Source: Lama glama
Lineage: Eukaryota
Length of the DNA: 64,000 bases
NCBI GenBank assembly: GCA_028534125.1
Contig: CM052837.1
Span: 37,138,001 to 37,202,000, forward strand
Reading direction: 5' to 3'
The position numbers and the translations under genes are program-made. Below are positions 23,501 to 32,169 of the stretch, in pieces; position 1 is the first letter of the stretch; every line of letters starts with the position of its first letter. The notes under the pieces are model-generated. The model worked only from the letters and a program-made list of their open reading frames with translations. It searched no databases and was not told the origin of the DNA.

Positions 23501-26500
23501 CGGGGAGCCCCCTCCACTCACTGCCCGGCTGACCCTGCCCTTTCTCTCTCCGTAGTTCCAGCTCCAGTTGCTGCAGATTGTGTGCAGCGACTCCTGGGCA
23601 GAGGAGGACAGGTGCTGCGAGCTCCCAGCTTCGGTAGGCGAGGAAGTGGCCACTGAGGACAAAAAAGTCTGGGGGTAGAAGGACCATCCAGGTCATTGCA
23701 GCTCTGGGAGAAATCAGGGCAGGCTTCCTGGAGGAGATGGCCCCTGGCCTGGTGCCTAAGCTAGCGTGGCTGGATGGGTATCCTGGGGCCAGGAAGCCCC
23801 CAGCTGCGGGAGCGGCCACTGCCATGTACTCAGGCCCACTGACCGTTTCTGTGGGCACAGGTGTGGGCACGAGTCCTCACTGACTCCCCCATGTGCTCAC
23901 ACTGGGCTTGGCCACGCTAGGGGCCTACGAGGGAGTGAGAGAGGGAGTCCTGTCCAGGGCCTGTGCCAGGCAGCCTGGGGGCGGGCACCCAGGGCCTTGT
24001 TCCCACCCCTCACCCCAGCCTCCCAGGGGTGGGTTTGGAGATCCCTTGGTCCCCGGTGTCTGTGGATACCCTAGAGCTCAGGGTTGTACAAAAGCCCAGG
24101 GGAGGGGTCTGTTTAATGGCAGGGGTCTCTTTCTTCCAGAAGGATGGAGAGTCCTGCCCCGCCTTTCCTTCTGCTTGCACCTGTTCCTTGCAGACCCCTG
24201 GGCCCCCGGGCCCCCAGGGACCTCCGGTGAGTTCACAGCTCCTGTCCCGGGGTGACCAGGGTCTCCTGGCAACATCGGGCAGCTGATAGTGATGAGGGTG
24301 GCCCCCTCCCACGTCTCCTGGCCATCTTGTCCACCCCGGCCCACAGCTCCCCTCCTGGCTAACCCCCTCCTTCCCACTGGCCTCCCTCTCCCCAGCCGGG
24401 CCCTCTCTGCTGTTTGAGCCCACGTCTCCCCACTGGGAAGGCCCAGCGGTCTGTAGCACCGCACTGGTCCTGGGCTGGCCAGGAGTCACAGCCACTCAGG
24501 CAGCCTCTGTTCTGGCGCTCTGGGCTGTGGGGCAGGTCCAGACCCTCTGACAACCCTGAGGCTTCCACTCGTGATTGACAGACCTCACCAGAGAGGGGCC
24601 AGGGCAGGAACCCAGACCTGCCCAGGCCGGAGCATGTGCCGTGACCAGCCACTGTGGGTAGTGGGGGGACCAGGAAACCCTCACCCCGAACCCCCTGCCT
24701 CTTCTCCACCTAAAGGTGGGGGCTGGAGTCCAGGGCATTGCTGGGGGGGCTGATGTGCACCCTGGTCTTGGGCGGGGGGTGCTGGGCTCAGCCCTGCTTG
24801 TACACCTGCAGGGCCTCCCCGGGAGGAATGGAGCCCCAGGAGAGCAGGGCTTCCCAGGGCCCAGGGTAAGTCATGGGGGTCCTGGGGGCCTGGATGCAGG
24901 AGTGGGGCCCCACGCAGCCCAACCCCAGGCGGGATGCGGTGCCCCCTGCACGGCCCCACCCTGTGAATCGTGTGTGGGCGGGCTGGCCGTGATGGGCATC
25001 CTCTGCCTTCGCCCGTTTCTCCGTCCAGCAGCTCCAGCCCCTTTGATGGCTGCTGCCACTCTCTTGCTGGACATGCGTCCTCCACCCCCTGCTCGCTGGG
25101 TTGCTTTCCTATTCATTTGTGGGGAGCTGTACGTTTCGTGGAAATATCTGTGCCCTGAGTCGTGGCTGCATTTACCCTGTTGCCCTCTGACCTGGTTTAC
25201 CACGTGTGTCTCCGTGCGGACTTTAAAACCGCCTTCTTTGCTCAGTGCGTGGTCTATTCCTAAGGCTTTTGGCTTTTGCACCATTATAAAAGGTCTCTCT
25301 TAGTCTGAGGGTGTGCACCTCCTTGTGGTTTCTCCTCTTGTTTCTAGAACCTTCAAACACAGCAATGTGGGTTCAGCTAAATTTATTGTGTTTAAGGTGC
25401 CGAGGACAACCCCACCCTCCAGCCTCCCCAGACCACTGCCCCGCCATCCGTCCCACTTACTCACAGCGCCCCCGCCCCCCCATTTCCAACGCAGTCTTCC
25501 ACGCGGCGCGCTTTCCGCAGACCGCCGCGTCCGCACAGACGGGCCAGGTTCTGCCCGCCGGCTGTTGTCAGCGTGGGAGGCGGTTCCTGGCGTCCGGCTC
25601 CGCCATCTTCTGCCCTAAAGCCTCGTTCTCTCTGTGTATTGTTTCTGTGCCCCAGCTTCTTGTTCAATTATCTTACTTGCAATAGTTTTTTATTTTCAGG
25701 TGGTTTTCTGGGAATTTCCTGGTTCAAATTTACATCACCTGCAAAACATCACTTCACTGTCTCCTTTCCGATTTTTACTACTCCCGTTCATTTTTCTGGT
25801 GTTGCTGACACTCCAGAGTCTTGTCAAAGAACCGCGGTCACAGTGGATGTGCTCACCTTGACTTCATGGAAATGCTCTAGGGCTTGCCGGTGGAGCGTGG
25901 TACCGGGAGGCAGACACATTATCCATGGTCAAGTCCCGGTCTTACCTGATTAGGAGATTCACAAATGCAAGAACGGATATTAGATCAGACTTCTTGCCTC
26001 CTCAACTGCTGGGACGTGACCAAATCACTTCTCTCCTGGAGCTGTTAGTCTGGTGACTGAGCTCAGGGCCTCCCGGGTGCTGAGCCACTCCTGCTCCAGC
26101 AGAAGCCAGCGCGGCCCTCGAGCGCCTCCCGCCGCCGAGCGGGCTGCAGGCTTCCCGCGCTCACGCCTTGCGTAGGGCTTCCGCACGGACAGTCACCGCC
26201 GGGAAAGCCTGTGGTTGTCCTCGTAGGATCAGGTTCACCTATACGCTTAATTCACAGCAATTATTTGAAAGCACTTTTTTTCTAACCCGCAAATCAAGCA
26301 GTGTGTTTTTTGGGCGGTGGTTATTAGGTTTATTTATTTATTTTTAATTTATTTTTTAATGGAGGCACTGGGATCGAACCCAGGACCTCGTGTATGTTAA
26401 GCACACGCTCCACCACTGGGCTATACCCTCCCCCTCGAGCAGTTTAAATGGCATTCGTGTTATCTGTCCCTTAGAAGTTTGGCAGAATGTTCTGGTGTCT

Positions 26501-29106
26501 ATAAATACAGAGCGGGGTCGTAGCAGGACCTCTCCTGGGGTGGCCAGCGAGGGTGAAGGCCCCTGGGTGGCCTCGGGCCTCAGGCTGGTAGGGCTTCGAC
26601 TGGCAGGATCAAAAGAGGGGCTGCAGGAGGGGCCACGTGCCTTCTCAGCCCCAGCCCCACCCCCACCCCACCTCCAGGGAGATCCCGGGCCACCTGGACA
26701 GATGGGACCTGAGGGTCCTGGAGGTCAGCAGGGGTCACCAGGCACCCAGGGCCGAACCATCCAGGGACCCATGGTAGGTGTGGCCTACCCCCAGCCCCCT
26801 CCCCACTCTTCTCCCGTCCTCTTGCTGCCCAGTCCATCTTCCCCTCCAGGGTCCACCAGGGGTCAAAGGAGAAAAGGGGGACCATGGACTCCCCGGCTTG
26901 CAGGTAGTGGGTCAGACCAGGCTCGGGGCATGTGGGCCGTGTGCTCGGGACCCAGGTCTGGGGACAGGGCCTCCTCCTCTGCTGACCTTGGCCCCAGCCT
27001 GGCTGGCCACCTCTGTTCTATTCCAGGGCCACCCCGGCCTCCAGGGCACCCCCGGGAAGGTTGGCATCCAGGGACCAAAGGTGGGAGANNNNNNNNNNNN
27101 NNNNNNNNNNNNNNNNNNNNNNNNNNNNNNNNNNNNNNNNNNNNNNNNNNNNNNNNNNNNNNNNNNNNNNNNNNNNNNNNNNNNNNNNNNNNNNNNNNNN
27201 NNNNNNNNNNNNNNNNNNNNNNNNNNNNNNNNNNNNNNNNNNNNNNNNNNNNNNNNNNNNNNNNNNNNNNNNNNNNNNNNNNNNNNNNNNNNNNNNNNNN
27301 NNNNNNNNNNNNNNNNNNNNNNNNNNNNNNNNNNNNNNNNNNNNNNNNNNNNNNNNNNNNNNNNNNNNNNNNNNNNNNNNNNNNNNNNNNNNNNNNNNNN
27401 NNNNNNNNNNNNNNNNNNNNNNNNNNNNNNNNNNNNNNNNNNNNNNNNNNNNNNNNNNNNNNNNNNNNNNNNNNNNNNNNNNNNNNNNNNNNNNNNNNNN
27501 NNNNNNNNNNNNNNNNNNNNNNNNNNNNNNNNNNNNNNNNNNNNNNNNNNNNNNNNNNNNNNNNNNNNNNNNNNNNNNNNNNNNNNNNGTGAGTCTGGCT
27601 GCCGGACGTGGCCTGGGCCCCCTTCTCCCTCCAGACACCCACCGGCAGCCTAGGGCCCCCCTGCTGGAGGGCTGTGGGCACTGCCCCCGTTCAGAAGCAC
27701 CTTGCCTCCAAGGCCTGCGTCCCTGATATGCTGAGCTCAGTCCCCGGGAGCTGCTCTGAGCGGGGGCCCAGGACCAGCAGCCCAGACCCAGAAGAGACCT
27801 CTGGGCATTGGCCTCTGGGTACTGGGGGGCTGGGCTGCCCCTCCTGCCAGAGGCCACCTGGGGCCTGAGCTTCAGTCACACCTGGACAGCTGGGGTAGAG
27901 CCGGCAGTCAGGACATTTCAGTGCAGAATCAGCGCCAGTGGGTGGGCGGGCGGGGGGAGCCCTGGGCACAGGGTGGGGAGCACAGGGCCTGCTGGGTGGG
28001 TATGGGGCACAGCCTGGGGAGGCTGGGGACAAGCTAAGGGGTCTGCTCTGGGTCCAGGGCTGGGGGTACGTAGAGGGAGGGGGCGAGACTCGGGGCTGCA
28101 GCCAAGCCCTACACCCATCTCTGCAGGGTCTCCCAGGCACGGCGGGGGCCAGGGGCAGCGGTGGGGAGCGAGGCCCCCCTGGGGCCGTGGGGCCCACGGT
28201 AAGTCCCCTCTCTACCCAGCCAGCCAGCCAGCTGGAAGTGGGGGACAAACGTGTGCGGACTTGTCCCCACTGACCCCTTGGGGACCTCCCATGGCCAGCA
28301 GCTTTGAAACCAGGACGGGCAGAAAGCTCAGGGCAGAGAGAGCCCAGGGCTGCCCCCTGCCAGGCCCAGGACAGGCAAGGTCCGGCAGGAGTGGAGCTTG
28401 GGCCTGGGGGGCTTGGGGGCAGGCCTGGGCCTGCAGGCTGCGGGGAGGGGGCCTGCAGCAGGTGGAGGAAGGCGGGGCCCGGGGGGCAGGGAAGCCGGAA
28501 CAGGCCTGGCTGCCTCCTTCTGGAAGCAGGAGAGGTGGGTCCTCTGCCCACTGAGGAGTCCCTGGATTAGTTCTGGCACGAGGCCTTCACCCGGCCCAGA
28601 CAGAGCTGGGCATGAGGTCTGGTGGGGGGCGGCAGTGGGGTCCAGGCATTTCTCCTTTTCTCCCACTCAGGGGCTGCCGGGGCCCAAGGGCGAGCGAGGA
28701 GAGAAGGTGAGTGTGGGGTGTCTGGGGCCCAGGCCCAGGGAGGCACTGACCCCCATGGTGGCTGAGACCTCGCCATGCGGTCCGTCTTCCCTTGCAGGGC
28801 GAGCCACAGTCCCTGGCCACCATCTACCAGCTTGTGGGCCAGGCCTGCGAGTCTGCCATCCAGAGTGAGTGCCCAAGCCTCCTCATGGGGACCCCAGAGC
28901 CTCCCATGCCCCCCACCCCTGCCAGCTCCGTCCTCCCTGGCACCTGGTCATGCGCATACCCAGCCTCACGAAGCCATTCTGGGCCATGTGCCAGAGAGGG
29001 AGGGAGGGTCTCCCCGCCTCCTGCTGACCGCCTTCCCCCACCAGCACAGGTGCTGAAGCTCCACTCCCACATCCACAAGGGCGCCAGGCCCCCCGTGCTC
29101 GCATAG
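2452..29106 (+). CDS. COL20A1: Collagen type XX alpha 1 chain, spliced CDS span (signal peptide-FN3-vWA-5xFN3-TSPN/LamG-collagen domain-short tail), ~1259 aa
   Basis: Manual exon chain with GT-AG boundaries and consistent phases (3780 nt, assuming one 54-nt exon in the gap). vWA MIDAS DGSWS, FN3 repeats, TSPN and Gly-X-Y exons of 36/54/72/96 nt. Neighbours CHRNA4, as in human. Confidence 0.97.
4079..4920. repeat. ~61-bp minisatellite (cacccaccagagtgcacccccacactcagggctctccacacccagggcgcccaccccaggg)n interrupted by a 500-N gap
   Basis: Near-identical units on both sides of gap 4252-4751. Confidence 0.95.
5398..5508 (+). CDS. COL20A1: COL20A1 exon (FN3-1: [22 protein letters not shown]...KPMA)
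   Basis: ccccag / gtaggg, phase 1-1. Confidence 0.95.
6030..8640 (-). mobile_element. Ancient fragmented LINE-1 (L1M-type) remnants
   Basis: T-rich island in a GC-rich locus; L1-like antisense motifs (gaagctctgttattaggtgcatacaaat); boundaries approximate. Confidence 0.65.
8879..9237 (-). mobile_element. MaLR LTR (MLT1A-like)
   Basis: catgagggctccaccctcatgacctcatc...gggggttagg...aatgttcagtccacagc resembles the reverse-complement MLT1A consensus. Confidence 0.7.
9836..9979 (+). CDS. COL20A1: COL20A1 exon ([20 protein letters not shown]...ARREFV)
   Basis: cccag / gtaagt. Confidence 0.95.
10203..10346 (+). CDS. COL20A1: COL20A1 linker exon ([11 protein letters not shown]...QDLPTF)
   Basis: ctgcag / gtgagt, phase 1-1. 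Confidence 0.9.
11241..11261 (-). promoter_or_regulatory. RE1/NRSE (REST site) GTCAGCACCGTGGACAGCTCC
   Basis: Both half-sites with canonical 2-nt spacer. Confidence 0.8.
11623..11781 (+). CDS. COL20A1: COL20A1 vWA exon ([18 protein letters not shown]...DKVQV)
   Basis: MIDAS DxSxS; cccag / gtgggt; alternative in-frame acceptor at 11521. Confidence 0.93.
12124..12243 (+). CDS. COL20A1: COL20A1 vWA exon (LTQYSG...YRGGNTFT)
   Basis: cccag / gtctgc; vWA YxGGNT motif. Confidence 0.93.
12794..12958 (+). CDS. COL20A1: COL20A1 vWA exon ([11 protein letters not shown]...[12 protein letters not shown]...VFAV)
   Basis: ccaag / gtgagc; TDGKSQDD motif. Confidence 0.95.
13662..13826 (+). CDS. COL20A1: COL20A1 vWA exon ([16 protein letters not shown]...RRGS)
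   Basis: ggcag / gtgagc. Confidence 0.95.
14097..14266 (+). CDS. COL20A1: COL20A1 FN3 exon (...[18 protein letters not shown]...GTPRE)
   Basis: Donor gtgaga; acceptor ambiguous among in-frame starts 14097/14106/14109/14112. Confidence 0.88.
14528..14657 (+). CDS. COL20A1: COL20A1 FN3 exon (VVVEGP...[10 protein letters not shown]...VTT)
   Basis: tctag / gtgggg. Confidence 0.95.
14970..15250 (-). mobile_element. L1MB/L1MC-like 3' end fragment
   Basis: cagctttactgaga...cacccgtttaaagtgt...aaatgggatcatacagtgtgtggcctt. Confidence 0.65.
15518..15663 (+). CDS. COL20A1: COL20A1 FN3 exon ([18 protein letters not shown]...EEEARE)
   Basis: cccag / gtgcga. Confidence 0.95.
15760..15883 (+). CDS. COL20A1: COL20A1 FN3 exon ([19 protein letters not shown]...RART)
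   Basis: tgcag / gtgagt. Confidence 0.95.
16050..16189 (+). CDS. COL20A1: COL20A1 FN3 exon ([22 protein letters not shown]...HSGQ)
   Basis: tgcag / gtgaga. Confidence 0.95.
16639..16768 (+). CDS. COL20A1: COL20A1 FN3 exon (TEVPGNAT...[12 protein letters not shown]...LTT)
   Basis: tgtag / gtgagt. Confidence 0.95.
17032..17174 (+). CDS. COL20A1: COL20A1 FN3 exon ([16 protein letters not shown]...GKAHE)
   Basis: tccag / gtgtgg. Confidence 0.95.
17314..17446 (+). CDS. COL20A1: COL20A1 FN3 exon (ISVPGNLAT...[17 protein letters not shown])
   Basis: cacag / gtaagt. Confidence 0.95.
17806..17948 (+). CDS. COL20A1: COL20A1 FN3 exon ([22 protein letters not shown]...GPEKS)
   Basis: cctag / gtgggt. 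Confidence 0.93.
18143..18272 (+). CDS. COL20A1: COL20A1 FN3 exon ([29 protein letters not shown]...GRT)
   Basis: cccag / gtgggt. Confidence 0.95.
19416..19451 (+). CDS. COL20A1: COL20A1 36-nt micro-exon ([12 protein letters not shown])
   Basis: NAGNAG acceptor cagcag / gtaggt; phase 1-1; matches remembered human ACPALRPDGSLP. Confidence 0.88.
20456..20594 (+). CDS. COL20A1: COL20A1 TSPN exon ([19 protein letters not shown]...QLTRRA)
   Basis: cccag / gtgggg. Confidence 0.95.
22371..22513 (+). CDS. COL20A1: COL20A1 TSPN exon ([24 protein letters not shown]...GVLLD)
   Basis: gacag / gtcagt. Confidence 0.95.
22723..22832 (+). CDS. COL20A1: COL20A1 TSPN exon ([11 protein letters not shown]...FFGSFHK)
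   Basis: ctcag / gtcctg. Confidence 0.94.
23299..23457 (+). CDS. COL20A1: COL20A1 TSPN exon ([16 protein letters not shown]...RSSSAS)
   Basis: cccag / gtgagc. Confidence 0.95.
23556..23633 (+). CDS. COL20A1: COL20A1 exon ([26 protein letters not shown])
   Basis: cgtag / gtaggc; FACIT TSPN-end CCELP motif. Confidence 0.95.
24140..24226 (+). CDS. COL20A1: COL20A1 exon ([15 protein letters not shown]...GPPGPQGPP), start of the triple helix
   Basis: tccag / gtgagt. Confidence 0.95.
24812..24865 (+). CDS. COL20A1: COL20A1 54-nt collagen exon ([18 protein letters not shown])
   Basis: tgcag / gtaagt; Gly-X-Y. Confidence 0.95.
25080..26500 (-). mobile_element. Old LINE-1 fragments hosting the SINE
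   Basis: T-rich L1-like text (cccttagaagtttggcagaat); boundaries approximate. Confidence 0.55.
26305..26434 (-). mobile_element. tRNA-derived SINE (camelid Vic-1-like)
   Basis: Reverse complement GGGGAGGGTATAGCCCAGTGG...GGTTCGATCCCAGTGCCTCC with A/B boxes and an A-rich tail ending AATAAACCTAAT; candidate TSD tcaagcagt / tcgagcagt. Confidence 0.85.
26678..26773 (+). CDS. COL20A1: COL20A1 96-nt collagen exon ([32 protein letters not shown])
   Basis: tccag / gtaggt; Gly-X-Y with one imperfection. Confidence 0.92.
26850..26903 (+). CDS. COL20A1: COL20A1 54-nt collagen exon ([18 protein letters not shown])
   Basis: tccag / gtagtg. Confidence 0.95.
27027..27080 (+). CDS. COL20A1: COL20A1 54-nt collagen exon ([18 protein letters not shown])
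   Basis: tccag / gtggga. Confidence 0.95.
27089..27588. other. Assembly gap (500 N), likely hiding one COL20A1 collagen exon
   Basis: Donor gtgagt directly follows the gap at 27589. Confidence 0.85.
28127..28198 (+). CDS. COL20A1: COL20A1 72-nt collagen exon ([24 protein letters not shown])
   Basis: tgcag / gtaagt. Confidence 0.95.
28671..28706 (+). CDS. COL20A1: COL20A1 36-nt collagen exon ([12 protein letters not shown])
   Basis: ctcag / gtgagt. Confidence 0.95.
28798..28864 (+). CDS. COL20A1: COL20A1 NC2 exon ([22 protein letters not shown])
   Basis: tgcag / gtgagt. Confidence 0.93.
29045..29106 (+). CDS. COL20A1: COL20A1 last coding segment ([20 protein letters not shown])
   Basis: accag acceptor, phase 1; TAG TGA at 29104-29109. 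Confidence 0.8.
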
Positions 29107-29996
29107 TGAGGCCCAGCTCCCTGAGGACAGAGGTGCTGGCCCCCTGGGGAGGGGTCTGCGGGGACTGCTGCCCTTCCCCCACTCCAGGGGCTGGCTGCTC
29201 GGTGTGGCCCAAGGCAGCCCCTGCACCAGGCCTCCTGCCCTCCCAGGCTCCAGGTGGGGAGACAGGCCCATGAGCCCACACGGAGCCGGAGCTGCCTGGC
29301 TTCCTGGGGTCCTCAAAGTGGCCCCTTCTCCTGGGAAGCCTGGGCTAGGGACACTACCCCGCCCAGTCCGCCCCTGCCTTCCCTGCTCCGCCCCCCTCCT
29401 TGGCTGGGATGACCAGTGACCTTGTCCTGAGTCCATCCGTCTGAGTAGGGCTGCGGTGCTGCTCACAGCTCGGAAGCTGAGGTGGATGGAGAGGCCGATT
29501 AGGGGAGACGGGCTTCGTGGCCTCGATGGGGGAGAAAGGAGATGGGTTGGAGTGGGACTGTGGCCGGCCGGCCAGGAGGACAGCTCCGCATGGAGGGCCG
29601 GGATGGGGTGAGGATGGGGGTGGGGGGCAGCAGGGGAGATTCGAGGGCCCCCTCTTGCCCTGCCGGGGGCTGTGCCTCTGTGGGGAGAGGGTCCCCATCC
29701 ATCAGCGCCCGCCAGCGTCCTGCAGATACTGCCTTTGCCAGAACCGCCCCCTCGCTGTGCCCAGGTGCTATCGTGGCACCCACATAGCCCCCTCTCCTGC
29801 CCCCCACCTCCAAGACAATGACTGATGCCTGTTTGAGGCCAGAGACCCCTGTCCCATAGCTTTCAGCCCCGACCCGAAGGCTGGCCCTAGGAGGTTCAGG
29901 ACCCATCTTCCCCTGGGATCAGAACAGGGCCCCTGAGAGAGGAAACCTTGGTCACCTGCACCGTGGGTCCTAGCACATCCCTCCTTCCCCTTGGCT

Positions 29997-30245
29997 GAGC
30001 CTGGAGCCGTCGGTCAGATGGGCTGGGAGTGAGCCTCAGGGACCCCCGGCAGGAATGGGTGAGCCCCGCCTGCAGGAGGAGTGAGGGGGGTTGCTCAGTA
30101 AGGACAGACGGTGCCGGTTCAGACAAAGCAGCGGGGGTTGGGGCAGCAGCGGGGCGTGTGAGGCTCATGGCCTCAGGGGAGCCCGGCAGGACTCCAGTTG
30201 GGTCCAAGAGGCTGAGCTGGCCCAGTGGGAACCCAGGGAGGCCCT
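29997..30245 (+). pseudogene. Decayed collagen exon relics 3' of the COL20A1 stop
   Basis: EPGAVGQMG at 29997-30023 behind a broken acceptor (ttgg); GPR-G*A-GPV-GTQ-GGP at 30201-30245. Confidence 0.6.
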
Positions 30246-30472
30246 GATCGGGGGTCAGCACAGTAGGGAGGGTGCAGCAGGTGTGCACCACAGCAGACAC
30301 CTGGCCCAGGCTGGTGTGCGGACCTGGGCGGGGGGCATGAGGGGGCGGTGCCCTGAGGGGACATTTCATGTGGACACGCCTGGGTCTGGTCCACCATGCT
30401 GGGCAGGTGCGTCCTGACAATGTCAGCTGTCCACTGCCTCCCCCAGACCTGTCCACCCTTTTCTCCTGACAG

Positions 30473-30620
30473 GATGGACCCTGTGCTGTCCGAAGTGAGC
30501 CCGCACTTCCCCCTGGATCAGGGACACCAAGAGCGGCTGGAGAAACCTGGAGGGGAGGGAGAGGAGACCTTCGCTCTGTGCAGTTTCCTGTTCAGATAAA
30601 CCAGAATGCTTGTCACGGGC
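30473..30620 (+). other. COL20A1: Candidate COL20A1 terminal 3'UTR exon with variant polyA signal GATAAA (30595-30600)
   Basis: Pyrimidine tract plus gacag acceptor ending 30472; GATAAA variant; I saw no AATAAA nearby. Confidence 0.45.
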
Positions 30621-32169
30621 AGCGGCTGCGCATTCCTGGGCCCCACATCCATTCGTCCCTGTCCCAGGCTCCCCGCCGTCGTCGCTCAGGAGCCGCTCTG
30701 TCCTGCACGGCCTCCCTGTTACCTTAGGGCTCACCCCCTTCCTGTGAGGCCCCGGGTCGTGCTGCCTGGTCCCTCCGGAGCTCCGACCCTGCTCAGGGGT
30801 CCTTGGCCTCTTTGCGTCACCTGGGTAGGAGTGGGCTTTGAGGACGTGCCCGACCCACCCTCAGAGGCTGACGTGACCATCGTGGGCGGCCCCTCCCCTA
30901 GCGTCGTGGCATCCGGCTCTCCCCCCAGTGCTCAGGCTCACGGGGACCCCCGACCACCTGGCCCCGCCCTCCACCCGCCCACCAGCCCGGTGCCACAGTT
31001 GGTGCAGTGACCACTGCCCTTGGCCAGCCGGTCCCCCTGGGAGTCTCGCCAGCTCTGGGCCCTGGGGCGGCACCTGCTGTGGCCAATTCAACGTCGAGTC
31101 GTTTTCTAAACACTAGAATTTGGTGCGGGGGCGCCTTCAAACACAGTGGCCAATGAAGGCCCTGAGGTGACTGTGGTGCAGAGAAGGAACAGAGTGGGGG
31201 ACCATGGGACGTTCTGGGCAGGGCCGGGCTGGGAGGACGGAGGAAGCCGAGCGCAGGCTGGGGACGGGGGCAGCCCGCTGGAGCTTGGGGTGGGCCTGTG
31301 ATGGGGGGGTCTGGGTTTTGTCCTCAGAGCGACTGGAAGCCCCTGCCCGGGTTCCGAGCAGGGGCTGCTGTGTCCTGGCATCTGTTGAAACAGCCTGTAG
31401 AACAGACCACAGGATGCCGGGGAGTGGGACCTCGTCTAGCGTCCACTGAGAGGGAGGGAGCTGGACTGGGGAGACGACGGCTTGGAAGGGGCGGGCGGGG
31501 CCAAGCCCTGGCAAGGTGAGGGGACAGCAGGTCCAGGTGCCCTCGATCAGCCAGGCAGTGCAGGGGAGGGGCCAGGTGTGCTGGCGAGTGTGGGGTTCAC
31601 ACGGCAGACATGTGGGGGCCACCCTCTCAGAGGTGAGTGGATGCTGCGGTGCTGGTGCCCCTAGGAGGGAAACAGGCTGGGGTCATCCCAGGACTGAGCC
31701 CCGTGTGTCTCCAAGGCCAAGCGGGGCCGCTGAGGGTGGCAGCAGGAGGGCATGGACCCTGCTGAGACCCCCTGTCCGGATGCTCCAGCGAGGGGCCGAT
31801 GAGACGGCGCAGGAGCTGGGGAGTGTCTGGTACAGGCGGCAGGTGACACCTGTCCCAAGAGCCGCCGTTGTGGGAAGGGAGACAGGCAGGAGCGGGCACT
31901 GGCTCCCAACGCCCTGCCCAGCAGCCCGGCCTGGGGGCTCAGGGTGGTGGAGAGAGACCCCCCGGGCCCTGGCCCTTTACAGTCTGACCTGCGCCCTCAG
32001 CTGCCTGCACAGCTGTCTACAGGAAGCCCTTACAGGACAGTAAACGTCCCTCCCGAATCTCTCCTCACATGCACACACACGCGTGCATCTCCCTGTGCGT
32101 GCACACACGGCGCCACACATCCACACGCACAGCACATCCTGGTGTTGGGAGATGAGTCAACAGGGGAAA

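Noticed and set aside
26361-26434. tRNA-Ala-like sequence as a true tRNA gene
   Set aside because: A-rich tail, TSD and stem mismatches indicate a SINE.
29503-29546. GETGFVASMGEKGDG as another collagen relic
   Set aside because: Short, no pyrimidine tract, and plausible by chance in G-rich DNA.
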